From Candidatus Thalassarchaeum betae (GTDB lineage: Archaea > Thermoplasmatota > Poseidoniia > Poseidoniales > Thalassarchaeaceae): 64,000 nt of DNA. A program made the translations under genes and the position numbers. How positions within the stretch are numbered: the first letter of the stretch is position 1; each line of letters begins with the position of its first letter. Where the stretch lies: the NCBI GenBank assembly GCA_003193925.1, contig PSPG01000004.1, positions 96,001-160,000 of the forward strand, read 5' to 3'. The notes under the pieces are model-generated. The model was not told the DNA's origin, ran no database searches, and saw nothing but the letters and a program-made list of their open reading frames with translations. This document shows, piece by piece, positions 1 through 10,061 of this stretch.

Positions 1-1273
1 GGAGAACATCAACCTGCTCGAGATGGCGCCTCAGAACGTGGAGTCCGTTCAGAAGATGGCGGTATACTCGGATGAGTTCGAAGCAGGCCAGCCCGGATTC
101 CTCCTCGTGGAAGGGAATCTGGCGGCCAGTCCAAACTTATTCTCGCCGGTGTTAGACGACCCGTATGAGAATCTGAAGGGAATCGAAGCTCTGGAACAGA
201 ACTGCAATCGAGTGAACAGAACCACTGCAGTTTCCATAGTCTTCCTGATGAAAGCCGTGGCCGTAGGCGTGAACGTCTCGGGGCAACCGATAGCCGACCA
301 AGTGGATCAGTGGCCGCTGCCCGATCAGATCAAGGACGTTGTGGGCTTCATCTTCGGCAGGGAAGTTGCCGGGAACGGCTCGTTCTGGGAGACTCTGGCG
401 GCCTTGGACGGCTCTCCCTCCGGCGATGACCAAGCCCACAACTTCCTGATTTACGTATTCTACAACAGCATGACTGACGAGATGCGTGAATTATTCATCT
501 CATCCAACTACAGGCGCAGCCTCATCTATATCGATATGCCATTCATGGATGTCCAGGACACCAATGAGGCTGTCAACGGCAAGGGTGGCATCAACTACTG
601 GGCCGAGAACACCCCTGGCGTGGAGTCGTCGGCTCTGGTCGGGGTCGCATCGGTGACTATCGAGGTCAACAATCTGATTGTGGACTCCCAATGGACCTCG
701 TTGGGATTCGCTCTGCTGTTCTCGGTGCTCACCCTCGGCTTGGTCTTCCGAGACCTCAGGTTCGCCTTATTGACGACGATACCAGTCGGCTTCACCGTGG
801 GGATGCAATGGCTGGCGATGGATGCCCTCGGAGTCCCCCTATCACTAGTCACGGTGATGGTCGGATCGATACTGGTCGGCGTCGGAATCGACTTCTCCAT
901 TCACATCGCCAATCGCGTCAAAGAGCAAGGTGGGACGATGGAAGCCGTTAGGGTGGCTTGTGCCAGCACCGGAATGAGCCTGTTTGAGGCGACGGTGGTA
1001 ACAGCTGCCGGCCTAACTTGCGCTTACCGGATTCCCATAGTAGCAATCCACCCATTCGTGACCGTCATCATCATCCTACTGATTGTCGCGGCATTGTCTG
1101 CGCTTCTCCTGTTGCCGGCCATCTTCGCACTGCTGATTAAGTCCGGCATCGGATTGACCGGTGGCGTAGAGACTATGGTCAAGACCGCAGGATTACGCAG
1201 GGCAATCGCTCGGGACGAGGCTGACGTGATAGATGCCTCGCTGCTCATCGGCTCGTCCGACGATGCGTGGTGA
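1..1273 (+). CDS. MMPL/RND family transporter, C-terminal part (5'-truncated by window edge)
   Basis: Multiple TM helices and RND motif 'GVGIDFSIH'; the frame appears to continue off the left edge. Confidence 0.85.
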   Translation, partial: ENINLLEMAPQNVESVQKMAVYSDEFEAGQPGFLLVEGNLAASPNLFSPVLDDPYENLKGIEALEQNCNRVNRTTAVSIVFLMKAVAVGVNVSGQPIADQVDQWPLPDQIKDVVGFIFGREVAGNGSFWETLAALDGSPSGDDQAHNFLIYVFYNSMTDEMRELFISSNYRRSLIYIDMPFMDVQDTNEAVNGKGGINYWAENTPGVESSALVGVASVTIEVNNLIVDSQWTSLGFALLFSVLTLGLVFRDLRFALLTTIPVGFTVGMQWLAMDALGVPLSLVTVMVGSILVGVGIDFSIHIANRVKEQGGTMEAVRVACASTGMSLFEATVVTAAGLTCAYRIPIVAIHPFVTVIIILLIVAALSALLLLPAIFALLIKSGIGLTGGVETMVKTAGLRRAIARDEADVIDASLLIGSSDDAW

Positions 1274-1311
1274 TGCATCAGATTCATTCGCTTGACTCCA
1301 GTGGAGCGCGC

Positions 1312-1785
1312 ATGACCCGGTACTGGCTGATGAAGAGCGAGCCACACGTCTATCCGTGGGAGCTGCTGGTTGAGGACGGTTCGACTCACTGGGACGGGGT
1401 GAGGAACTACCAAGCGAGGAACCTGATGAGGGATGAGATGAAGATTGGGGACCTCGCTCTGTTTTATCACTCCAACTGCAAGCCACCACATGTCGCTGGA
1501 GTCGTTAGGGTCTGCAGAGAGGGCTACCCCGACCACACGGCCCAAGACCCTGAATCGAACTACTTCGATCCCAAAGCCACCCCGGAGAACCCCCGTTGGA
1601 TTATGGTTGACATAGAACCAGTGACGGAACTCGATACCGTCGAGCTGTCCGAGTTGAGGGCGAATCCAAAACTCGAAGGGATGCCGTTGCTCAGAAGGGG
1701 CCAGAGACTCTCAGTCCAGCCTGTTCCCAAAGAGCATTTCGAGATCGTGTGCCGGATGGGTGGCCTTGTGGGAATGCCCGGTTAG
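1312..1785 (+). CDS. EVE domain protein (PUA-like, thymocyte nuclear protein 1-like)
   Basis: 'YWLMKSEP', 'WDGVRNYQARN', 'FYHS', 'RLSVQPV'; ATG 1312 chosen because it starts the domain and has TTCAT 24 nt upstream. Confidence 0.93.
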   Translation: MTRYWLMKSEPHVYPWELLVEDGSTHWDGVRNYQARNLMRDEMKIGDLALFYHSNCKPPHVAGVVRVCREGYPDHTAQDPESNYFDPKATPENPRWIMVDIEPVTELDTVELSELRANPKLEGMPLLRRGQRLSVQPVPKEHFEIVCRMGGLVGMPG

Positions 1786-2092
1786 GTGGGCGCGTCCTCG
1801 GTGGACGCTCGTCACCAGAGGTGCAAGTTCACCGATCTCCTCCGCCCCGCTATCCCAAGGCATCCAGCATCCCCGGTCGGGCTGCTCGCTTCCGCGCCTG
1901 ACCTGGTTCCCGGGCGTGAGACGGTCCTCGCTTCCCTCCGGAAGCGGCTTCCGCCAACCTGGATCTCTTGGGGGCGAGGCATCGACGTCAACCGGTGGAA
2001 CACCAATGGCTCGTCTGCGCCGCCCTCGGACTTCGGGTCTCCATTTTCGACGATTTGAGAACAACAGAGCACGTCAACTCTCCCCCTAGCCC
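1780..2092 (-). ncRNA. ffs: Archaeal SRP (7S) RNA
   Basis: Minus strand carries helix-8 signature CAGGUCAGGCGCGGAAGCGAGCAGC; 5' GGGCUAGG can pair with 3' CCUAACC; ~310 nt; no credible protein here. Confidence 0.9.
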
Positions 2093-2153
2093 GATTATGG
2101 CGGGAAATCGCCCCATATCAACGAATCCCTGACCCGAAATGTGGGATAAGGCG

Positions 2154-2531
2154 CTATTCCGAGTATTTCGAAGGGCAACCTGTCTGAATCTCATGTGCCT
2201 TAAGCAGCCAACCTTCACTGCTGTCCATCAGGTTTCCCTTGACAGCTATTGTATGGCCCTCTTCGAAACCGTCGGGGATGGCAACCCCAGAGAAGTCAAT
2301 GTGGAGCGTGTGCGACGTCCCTGCGAGGTCAAACGAGGATGAGGCGGAATCGAGCGAGCCGGCGACTACTTGACCACGCAGATGCACATTGCCCTCATGT
2401 GACTGAGGCGAGGCCATGACCTCGTCTACAGAATACTGGGTCTCGGGCTTGACGCTAAGGAACATCAGCGCAACAAGCCCAGCTAGGGCGAGGCCGACTA
2501 CGATCAGACGCGAAGCCCGGGTCCCCGCCAT
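2154..2531 (-). CDS. ccmE: Cytochrome c maturation protein CcmE (CxxxY type)
   Basis: N-terminal TM, OB-fold 'LRGQVVAGS', 'PDGFEEG', C-terminal 'CPSKY'. Confidence 0.9.
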   Translation of the reverse strand: MAGTRASRLIVVGLALAGLVALMFLSVKPETQYSVDEVMASPQSHEGNVHLRGQVVAGSLDSASSSFDLAGTSHTLHIDFSGVAIPDGFEEGHTIAVKGNLMDSSEGWLLKAHEIQTGCPSKYSE

Positions 2532-2576
2532 GCTCACACCTCGATTCGGGTGTTGATGAGGGTTTTCACTGGCGAG

Positions 2577-3680
2577 TCAGCGATTGCCATAGCCAACTAC
2601 CTCTTCGATGCTCAGGAAACCGTTGTCCCTCATCCTCCTGCTGAGTCCCTTGACTATGAGAGACACTACGGACGGGCCCTTGAACACCATAGCCGAGTAC
2701 AACTGCAACAGAGATGCTCCCGATGTCATCGCCTCCCAAGCAGAGTCCGCCGAGTCGATCCCACCGACTCCGATTATCGGTACCTCGGAGCCGGCCTCCT
2801 CGTAGAGGAGTCTAATCACTTCGGCCGAACGCGATTGGAGTGGCCTTCCGGAGAGGCCCCCACGCTCGGCGAAGACGCTCCGCGACTTGGTATTGGAGGG
2901 AACGGGGCGGTGGAGGGTCGTGTTGGTGGCGACGAAACCGTCGATACCCCGCCTCATCGCCATTTGGGCTGATGCGAGCAGCTCGTCGTCCGTGCTATCT
3001 GGGGACAGTTTCAGCAACAGAGGTTTTCCCCCACCCCTCCTCTCACTGATTCTGCCGCACTCGGATAGAATCGAGGACAAGTGGTCGACCTCCTGCAGCT
3101 CCCTTAGGTCGGGGGTATTCGGTGAAGAGACATTGAGGACGAACATGTCAGCGTGATTCCACAGGATGTCCAATGTCTGCGAGTAGTCGCTGGGTGCGCT
3201 CTCGTTCGGGGTCTTCGTGGAACGGCCTATGTTGGCCGCGATGGGAACCTTGGGCCACTTGCCCGAAGCCCGGCGAGAAATCAGCCTGTCCCTCACAGCC
3301 GAGGCTCCGGGATTGTTGAAACCCATCCGATTCACCAAAGCGTGCTCCGACTCGGCCCTGAACATCCGGGGTTTGGGGTTGCCATCTTGGGGAAATCTGG
3401 TCACTCCGCCGTACTCGACCCATGAGAAGCCCAACGCTGGCCATGCAGAAAGCGCCTCTGCACCCTTGTCAAAGCCTGCTGCCAACCCCAATGGATGGTG
3501 AAAAAGGCGTCCAAGAACGTGAATTGGCAGTTCTGGGGCGTGATACATGGCACTGAGAGCTCGCTGGCCACCCGAACTCTGTCCGAATGACGACAGCCCC
3601 TGAATGACGAGGTCATGAGCCTTCTCGGAGTCGGCGAAGCGAAGGATTGGTCGCACGAAGAAGGAATACGGTAATCCCAT
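2577..3680 (-). CDS. pyrD: Quinone-dependent dihydroorotate dehydrogenase (class 2)
   Basis: 'GLAAGFDK', 'NRMGFNN', 'NVSSPNTP', 'GGLSG', 'IIGVGGI'. Confidence 0.95.
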   Translation of the reverse strand: MGLPYSFFVRPILRFADSEKAHDLVIQGLSSFGQSSGGQRALSAMYHAPELPIHVLGRLFHHPLGLAAGFDKGAEALSAWPALGFSWVEYGGVTRFPQDGNPKPRMFRAESEHALVNRMGFNNPGASAVRDRLISRRASGKWPKVPIAANIGRSTKTPNESAPSDYSQTLDILWNHADMFVLNVSSPNTPDLRELQEVDHLSSILSECGRISERRGGGKPLLLKLSPDSTDDELLASAQMAMRRGIDGFVATNTTLHRPVPSNTKSRSVFAERGGLSGRPLQSRSAEVIRLLYEEAGSEVPIIGVGGIDSADSAWEAMTSGASLLQLYSAMVFKGPSVVSLIVKGLSRRMRDNGFLSIEEVVGYGNR

Positions 3681-3733
3681 TGCTGCAGCCTGCCGAACGA
3701 TATTCTTCAAGCGTTGCGCAGCATCGCGGGTTC

Positions 3734-4144
3734 ATGAGCGCATCAAAGCAGGGTGCTGCTATCAGCGAACTCGCCCGCAGGACCCTCAGGTCCGGAGGGG
3801 TTACGGTTCGTACAAAGGATGCCGGACGGCTCAGTGTCGAGTCCCTCTCGGTTTTGATTTCTGATCTCGCGCCGTCTGTCATATCTGGGGCTGATGCCGT
3901 AGAGTCGGATGAAGAGGGCATCGAAATCGTGCTCGATGGCGAACCTGGAGGACTCATCGGTGGCCCCGAGCCGCGTACCCTGGAATGTGTTTGGATACCG
4001 GGGGTTCCAGATGACCTCTGGAGGAAGTACAGAAATTCCGTCTTGGATCTGGCTGCCGCTGGATACCCCGGCTGCATTGGTTGCGCCGGTCCGGCTGCTG
4101 AATTGCCATGGGATGAAGAGGGCTCGAGAGTGGTTCTGAGATAA
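3734..4144 (+). CDS. Hypothetical protein with C-terminal CxxC (GCIGC)
   Basis: Fills gap divergent from pyrD; 'GYPGCIGCAGP'; TTCAA 23 nt upstream of ATG. Confidence 0.65.
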   Translation: MSASKQGAAISELARRTLRSGGVTVRTKDAGRLSVESLSVLISDLAPSVISGADAVESDEEGIEIVLDGEPGGLIGGPEPRTLECVWIPGVPDDLWRKYRNSVLDLAAAGYPGCIGCAGPAAELPWDEEGSRVVLR

Positions 4145-4202
4145 CCCGCCTCGCGCGCCCCCCCGCTCGCGCACGCGTTGGAGAGTAATCGACCTGCTCA
4201 TG

Positions 4203-4208
4203 TTTATA
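4203..4208 (+). promoter_or_regulatory. Putative canonical TATA box (TTTATA) for topA
   Basis: TTTATA in the intergenic region; SD-like GGGGTGG just before the topA GTG. Confidence 0.45.
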
Positions 4209-4284
4209 CAGGGTCCATCCGGGCACACCAAAACGAGGTCAGCTAGTCTTTCTCGACAGACAGTGCTGGCAAAGGGGTGGAACT

Positions 4285-6543
4285 GTGAAGTTGATGATTC
4301 TCGAATCCGGAGCCAAAGCCCGCACCGTCAAGAAGTACCTTGGCAAGGACTGGATTGTCAATGCGTGCAAAGGGCATGTCCAGGACCTGCCCCCCTCCAA
4401 GGCGATGTGGGCCTCAGAGGATGGAAAGCTGCCAGAACCGCCCTGGGATTGGACAGAAGGGGCGGAGAGAGTCGTTGCTGGGATTCGCAGAAAGGCGGAA
4501 GACTCCGACGTTGAGGAGATCTATATCGCCACCGACCCCGATCGTGAGGGCGAATTCATCGCATGGCGTCTCAGCATACTGTTCTCTGACTTTCCCGAAG
4601 TGAAGCGTGTCACCTTCAATGAGATAACCAAGTCGGCTGTGAATGAGGCTATCGATAACTGCACGGACATCGACATGGACCTCGTCGATGCTGCGAAGGT
4701 TCGCCGGTTCACGGATAGACTGGTTGGCTTCCGTTGCTCTAAATTCAGCAAGTCGTGGAGGCTTCCCTCGATGGGGCGAGTCCAGACCCCGACGCTGGGA
4801 TTCATCGTTCAGAGGGAGCTCGAGAGGGAGGCCCATGTTCCAATAGAGTACCACAGCGTCCATGCTGAATCAGACGGAGTCAGGTTCAACGTCAGGTTCC
4901 ACGAGAAGGATGACTCCGATGCCTGGAAGGACGATTCTGGAAAGCACCGTGCTGACAGAACCTCTGACGGAGACCTTGCTGAGCATGCATTCCAAGCACT
5001 GCTGAAGGCTGGAGAGATGACCATCACCTCAGTGAAAGAAGGCAAGACGAATCGTAACCCTCAACCGCCATTCACCACAGACACGCTGCTCCAAGCAGCT
5101 AACTCCACCTTAAAGTGGTCCGTTTCCAAGACCGCCAGAGTCGCTCAATCACTGTATCAGTCTGGGCACATAACATACATCCGCACGGATTCGACCCGGA
5201 CCAATGCCGAAGCCCGAAACAAGGTCAGGGAGCACATCAAGGAGAAGTATGGGAAGGATCACCTCGGACCGGGAATGCTGGGATCCGATGTCAAAAAGGG
5301 TGCTTCAAATGTTCAAGACGCACACGAGGCAATTAGGCCTACTAGGCCCGAGAGCACCTCGATTACGACGGATAGGGCTGATGGGAAGAAGCTGTACGGC
5401 TTGATTTGGGCCCGCTTCGCAGCCAGTCAGATGTCCCAATCAGTCAGGGAGAGAAGGGACTTACAAGCCGGCTTGGATGAGTTGGATATACCTCTGAATG
5501 GGAGTGCTTCCTGGAGGATCCATGCTGGTTGGGAGGCCGTTTTCTCACAATATCTTGGTGATGTTAGAACCACTTCACCTGACTCCCCTCTCATCATTGG
5601 AGCGGTATGGTCCATAGACGCATCAGACGACAATCCACACATGACGACGGATGAGACCAAGCCTCCAAGGAGATTCTCGGAGAGCTCGATCGTCCAAGAG
5701 ATGAAGAGGGCCGGGATAGGCAGACCGTCGACCTATGTCTCGACCGTATCCAAATTGGGGGCCAGAGGCTATGTCGAGCTTGAGGGCAACTCGCTGATCC
5801 CAACCGATGATGGGCGGACGATGTGGCTTCAAGTAGTGCCATTCTACAATGCGCAGGATAAGGCAGAAGGACTGTTCACTCCGGAGTTCACCGCCAAGAT
5901 GGAGAAGGATCTGGATCGCGTTGAGCATGCCCAGACTAGTGGAGCGAGTGTTTGGGCCAGCTTCTTGGATGTATTCAGGGCGATGCACAACAGCGCTCTG
6001 GAGGATAGGCGGAAAGTGCCGACTCCTCGTCAGCTGGCCCTGCTGGAGAGCCGTCTGACTGTCCTCGATGAGGCCTATCGGGAAGAGTTGCTTGCCGGGA
6101 AGGCCATAGGAGATCTCAGCGGTGAAGAGGCCAGAGGACTCATCGGGACCCTAATGGAGGCGAATGGGCGCAATGGCCCCCTTCCGGCAAGCGAGAAGCA
6201 GACAGCACTCATAGTGAAGCTCTCTGACCGGATTGGCATTGGCCTGACAAAGGCCTTGGGGCTGGTGGATTCGACAGACATCAGTGAGCTTACCGGAGGC
6301 AGAGACGGATCAGCCAGCGCGCTGATCTCGACTCTGATTGAGCAGAGCGGGGCAATGCCGGCGACTCCAGCTCAGGTGGACCTGGTCAACAAACTGGCTG
6401 AGCAACACGAGGTTTCGCTCGATCGGGTTCTGGCCATCGCCGGACTGAAGGAAATTGATGAGATGTCAAAGACCGATGCTAGCGACATCATCGGCGAGAT
6501 GAAGAAACGGCGCGGAACTAGAAGGCGCCGGGGTAAAGCATAA
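4285..6543 (+). CDS. topA: DNA topoisomerase IA
   Basis: Toprim 'LES..KARTV', 'ATDPDREGE', 'MGRVQTP', catalytic 'ITYIRTDS', 'AHEAIRPT', 'GIGRPSTY'. Confidence 0.96.
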   Translation: MKLMILESGAKARTVKKYLGKDWIVNACKGHVQDLPPSKAMWASEDGKLPEPPWDWTEGAERVVAGIRRKAEDSDVEEIYIATDPDREGEFIAWRLSILFSDFPEVKRVTFNEITKSAVNEAIDNCTDIDMDLVDAAKVRRFTDRLVGFRCSKFSKSWRLPSMGRVQTPTLGFIVQRELEREAHVPIEYHSVHAESDGVRFNVRFHEKDDSDAWKDDSGKHRADRTSDGDLAEHAFQALLKAGEMTITSVKEGKTNRNPQPPFTTDTLLQAANSTLKWSVSKTARVAQSLYQSGHITYIRTDSTRTNAEARNKVREHIKEKYGKDHLGPGMLGSDVKKGASNVQDAHEAIRPTRPESTSITTDRADGKKLYGLIWARFAASQMSQSVRERRDLQAGLDELDIPLNGSASWRIHAGWEAVFSQYLGDVRTTSPDSPLIIGAVWSIDASDDNPHMTTDETKPPRRFSESSIVQEMKRAGIGRPSTYVSTVSKLGARGYVELEGNSLIPTDDGRTMWLQVVPFYNAQDKAEGLFTPEFTAKMEKDLDRVEHAQTSGASVWASFLDVFRAMHNSALEDRRKVPTPRQLALLESRLTVLDEAYREELLAGKAIGDLSGEEARGLIGTLMEANGRNGPLPASEKQTALIVKLSDRIGIGLTKALGLVDSTDISELTGGRDGSASALISTLIEQSGAMPATPAQVDLVNKLAEQHEVSLDRVLAIAGLKEIDEMSKTDASDIIGEMKKRRGTRRRRGKA

Positions 6544-6600
6544 CACGGCCACTTCGTGACAGCACTCAAGAACAAGCGCCCTGCAAGAGGTGACGTGGGA

Positions 6601-7803
6601 GTGTCCGAGTACGATGCTGTCGTCGTGGGTGCTGGGCCGATTGGTGGATATCTCGCCGCCGGGCTGGCAGAAGGAGGAGTCAGTGTTCTTCTTCTCGAAG
6701 AGCATTCAGAGATAGGGCGGCCATTCCAGTGCGCTGGTCTGGTTAATCCCCATGTCATGAATCTCACAGGCTTGCATCACACCGTTCTTTCACCAATCTG
6801 GGGCGCTAGGATACACAGCCCTTCGGGGACTCCAGTTGTGATTGGTGATGAGGGTCGCATCCGCACATGGTCCGTATGCCGCAAACTCTTCGATGAGGGG
6901 ATCGTCAGGCAGGCAATAGAGAAAGGCGCTCACATCTGGCTATCCAGCAAACCAATTTCGGCTGTAATTGAGGAAGGATCTGTCAATCTCCGCATACGCA
7001 CCCCGAAAGGAGTCAAGGATGTCCGATGCCGTCTACTATGCGGTGCAGATGGAGCCCACTCGTGGGTCCGACGTCATTTCAAGATGGGGCGGCCAAAGGA
7101 ACTTATGATCGGATTCCAAGTCGAGGTCACCGGATATCGGGGGCAAGAGGGTCGGCTGGACATGTACACCGGATCGCGCATAGCACCCGGCTTCTTTGCA
7201 TGGGCGATACCCTCTGGGGAGACTACTAGGATAGGGACATGGAGCAAACCAGGCCTCATGGGTGGCGAATCTTGCGAGCAGTTGCTGGATAGGTTACGAG
7301 AGGAACCGCTCTGGAGGAATCGGTTCTCGGGATGCAAGGAGATAGGCAGATTCTGTGGACCTATACCCAGTGGCATGGTGAAGCGTCCGATGATAGGCAG
7401 AGTTGCGTTGTTCGGGGACGCTGCAGGGCTATGCAAGCCCACTACTGGGGGAGGAATAGGACCGGGCTTCGCTCAGGTTGACCTAGTGACGCCCCACCTC
7501 TTAGATGCGCTCAAGTGCGATGACCTGTCAGACGGCAGGATGAGTGAAATTGCTGGCTTCATGGGGCCGATGAGGAGGAGTCAGAGGAGGTCAAAGGCGT
7601 TACGCGACGCATTCCTCACAGAATCCACAGACTCCGAGTTGGACGATATTTTCGCAGTATGGGCACGTCCCGAGGTCATCGAGTTAATCAACGATATAGG
7701 AGAAATCGAGCATCCCATCCCGCTGGGAATCAAGATGCTCAGGGAGATTCCCGAATTCCGCTCGCTGACTAAGCGGGCGGTCAAGGCCATCCTCTTGGGG
7801 TGA
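6601..7803 (+). CDS. Geranylgeranyl reductase family (digeranylgeranylglycerophospholipid reductase-like)
   Basis: 'VVVGAGPIG', 'PFQCAG', 'APGFFAW', 'GDAAGLCKPTTGGGI'. Confidence 0.88.
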   Translation: MSEYDAVVVGAGPIGGYLAAGLAEGGVSVLLLEEHSEIGRPFQCAGLVNPHVMNLTGLHHTVLSPIWGARIHSPSGTPVVIGDEGRIRTWSVCRKLFDEGIVRQAIEKGAHIWLSSKPISAVIEEGSVNLRIRTPKGVKDVRCRLLCGADGAHSWVRRHFKMGRPKELMIGFQVEVTGYRGQEGRLDMYTGSRIAPGFFAWAIPSGETTRIGTWSKPGLMGGESCEQLLDRLREEPLWRNRFSGCKEIGRFCGPIPSGMVKRPMIGRVALFGDAAGLCKPTTGGGIGPGFAQVDLVTPHLLDALKCDDLSDGRMSEIAGFMGPMRRSQRRSKALRDAFLTESTDSELDDIFAVWARPEVIELINDIGEIEHPIPLGIKMLREIPEFRSLTKRAVKAILLG

Positions 7804-7807
7804 TCCA

Positions 7808-8890
7808 GTGCACAAGTCAGTTCAGCGAATCAGATATCCCCCCTTCGAGTACTCACACATGAATGCAGGAGGGGTGCCGTTGGTCGAAGTGGTGATGGAA
7901 TCCGATAATCCTCCTCCGCCATCATTCAGGATCGGCATGGACGAAGATTGGATGGTGGAATGGAGGCGTTGCAAGGATGATGACCCGGAATGGCCGGTCA
8001 TACAATCCGATGTCTCCACTGACCCATTTCCCTTCCTGATGAGTACGAGGAATGGTTGGTACATCGAACCCGACCCATTGCACTCCCTAGCAAGGAGGCT
8101 GATCCCTCCGACGGCGTCCATCCTGATCCTCACGTTGTTGATTCACACGATGGAGCCAGGTCTTGTGAATATCGGGGTGCTCTCGGAGGCGATTGCAGGA
8201 TCCTACAGAATCGGCCCTTTGGACTACCCCAAGCTACTGGTAGTGGCCTTACCGATATTCCTGCTGCCCATCGTTTCGAGGATGGTTGCCAACCTGCGTG
8301 ACATACGAAGGCAGAACGCGTACATCGCATCGCCTCTGGACTCTCCGGAAATCTCTCTGGCGAACGAGGGAAATGGAATCAAGATCGTCAGGCTGGTAAT
8401 GCCGTTAGAGGTGATGGCTCGCCGAGCTCGGATTCAGGTCGGCATCGCCGTTCCCGAGAGGAGCAAGGTGCTAGAGGCGCTGTCGAGGGACGAGGGCGGG
8501 CAGCCAGCACCGGGAATGTCCACACAACTGCCTGAGCGCAGAATCACCACTGGGGAAGAACTCGGTACCGGGGTCGGCGAGGCAACTCCAATGCCTATCG
8601 CCCATCCTAGGGTGCTGCTGCTAGAGCCGATGAGGGTCCGAGAGGCTGGCGAGTGGGTCGATTTCAAGGGTGGCGAGACCAGCTATTACCTCAAAGGTCC
8701 GGAGGACTTGTGGCCCGGCTCAATCTACTCAGCTGTAATAGCAGTTCACTGGGAGCTCGTGATCGAAGCGATTAGGGACGATGGGACGAAGATGAAGTGG
8801 GTGAGGCCGCTGAAGATGCCTCCACGAGAGGGGCTGGAGCATATCCCGACGTTGCCCGTAAGGAGCGGTAGGACCGAACTGTCGACTTGA
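7808..8890 (+). CDS. Hypothetical membrane protein (two TM helices)
   Basis: 360-aa ORF coupled to the reductase gene; two hydrophobic segments. Confidence 0.75.
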   Translation: MHKSVQRIRYPPFEYSHMNAGGVPLVEVVMESDNPPPPSFRIGMDEDWMVEWRRCKDDDPEWPVIQSDVSTDPFPFLMSTRNGWYIEPDPLHSLARRLIPPTASILILTLLIHTMEPGLVNIGVLSEAIAGSYRIGPLDYPKLLVVALPIFLLPIVSRMVANLRDIRRQNAYIASPLDSPEISLANEGNGIKIVRLVMPLEVMARRARIQVGIAVPERSKVLEALSRDEGGQPAPGMSTQLPERRITTGEELGTGVGEATPMPIAHPRVLLLEPMRVREAGEWVDFKGGETSYYLKGPEDLWPGSIYSAVIAVHWELVIEAIRDDGTKMKWVRPLKMPPREGLEHIPTLPVRSGRTELST

Positions 8891-10024
8891 TCAGGCCGGC
8901 TGCAGCGGTACTGGTGCTACCAGAATCTCGTCTTCAATGACTGTGTCCAGGGAGACGTAGTCGGAATCGCGCTTGCGCGGTCGGAACCCGGCTCGGAGTA
9001 TCATTCTCTGCAGTTCATGCTCCGCTGCTTCGGTCTTGGTGGTTCCAGATGCTGAGACGACGTTTTCCTCCATCATGGTGGAGCCGGCGTCATCGGCCCC
9101 AGCGAGTAATGCCATCTGAGCGACGCCGACGCCCATTGTGGGCCAAGAAGCCTGAATGTGGTCGACGTTGTCGAAGAACAAGCGCGAGACAGCGACATGC
9201 CGGAGGTACTCCGTTGGACCTGCGCCCAACTCAATTCTGTTGTGACCCCTGTTCCTCGACCCAAAGCTGTTGTTCTCTAACATCACCGGCCATGCGATGA
9301 ACGAAGTGAATCCCGTCCTACCTGAAGCATGCGCCTCGTCCTGCATTGCCCTTATGCTGTCCATGTGCAGGATTCGGTGTCTGGGCGTCTCCCCGAATCC
9401 GAAGACGTTGGTCGCAGAGGTCGTCAGCCCCAGACTCTGAGCCTCCCCCATCACCCTGAGCCAATTGTCCGCAGAGCCCTTCTTCGGAGAGATGTCCAGT
9501 CTGACATCGTCCACCAGCATTTCTGCGCCGCCCCCCGGAAGGCCATGCATGCCCACTTCTTGCAATTCACGGAGGACCTCGAGGGTAGTCATCCCGCATA
9601 CTTCGGCGATACCCTCGATTTCAATGGGGGAGAAGCAGTCCAACGAAATTGAAGGGTGCCTTCTTCTCAAATCCCTGAGCAGGTCGAGGTACCAATCGAG
9701 GAGGAGTTCGGGGTGGACCCCTCCTTGCATCAGGACGCGTGAGCCTCCGATAGCCTCCAATTCGGCGATCCTCTCACTAATTTGGTCAACCGATTGGGTG
9801 TACGTCTCGGGATGATCGGGAGGGCGATAGAAAGAGCAGAACTGGCAGTTGATGGTGCAGACGTTGGTGTAGTTCACATTCCTGTCAATCAGATAAGTGA
9901 CCTCATTACCGGGAACCTGCAGCCTTCTGCGCATCATGGCGGCGTGCATCAGGTCGTTGAGATCCGCGGACTCGTAGAGCGTGACCGCGTCCTCGATGGT
10001 CAGCCTCTGGCAATCGGATGACAT
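8891..10024 (-). CDS. mqnC: Radical SAM enzyme, cyclic dehypoxanthine futalosine synthase-like (CofH/MqnC family)
   Basis: 'RNVNYTNVCTINCQFC', 'MQGGVHP', 'PGGGAE', MqnC-type tail 'GSTMMEENVVSASG'. Confidence 0.82.
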   Translation of the reverse strand: MSSDCQRLTIEDAVTLYESADLNDLMHAAMMRRRLQVPGNEVTYLIDRNVNYTNVCTINCQFCSFYRPPDHPETYTQSVDQISERIAELEAIGGSRVLMQGGVHPELLLDWYLDLLRDLRRRHPSISLDCFSPIEIEGIAEVCGMTTLEVLRELQEVGMHGLPGGGAEMLVDDVRLDISPKKGSADNWLRVMGEAQSLGLTTSATNVFGFGETPRHRILHMDSIRAMQDEAHASGRTGFTSFIAWPVMLENNSFGSRNRGHNRIELGAGPTEYLRHVAVSRLFFDNVDHIQASWPTMGVGVAQMALLAGADDAGSTMMEENVVSASGTTKTEAAEHELQRMILRAGFRPRKRDSDYVSLDTVIEDEILVAPVPLQPA

Positions 10025-10061
10025 CTGAGATGCCAGTATGACTCTCCAGTCTGACAGAATA

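Noticed and set aside
1711-2218. Several ORFs (1711-2064, 1760-2089, 1786-2058, 1812-2072), or RNase P RNA
   Set aside because: The region carries SRP helix-8 and helix-1 signatures; the translations are not protein-like; no RNase P P4 motif seen
8891-10024. CofH (F420 synthesis) assignment
   Set aside because: C-terminal motifs fit MqnC better and no cof genes are nearby; not fully excluded
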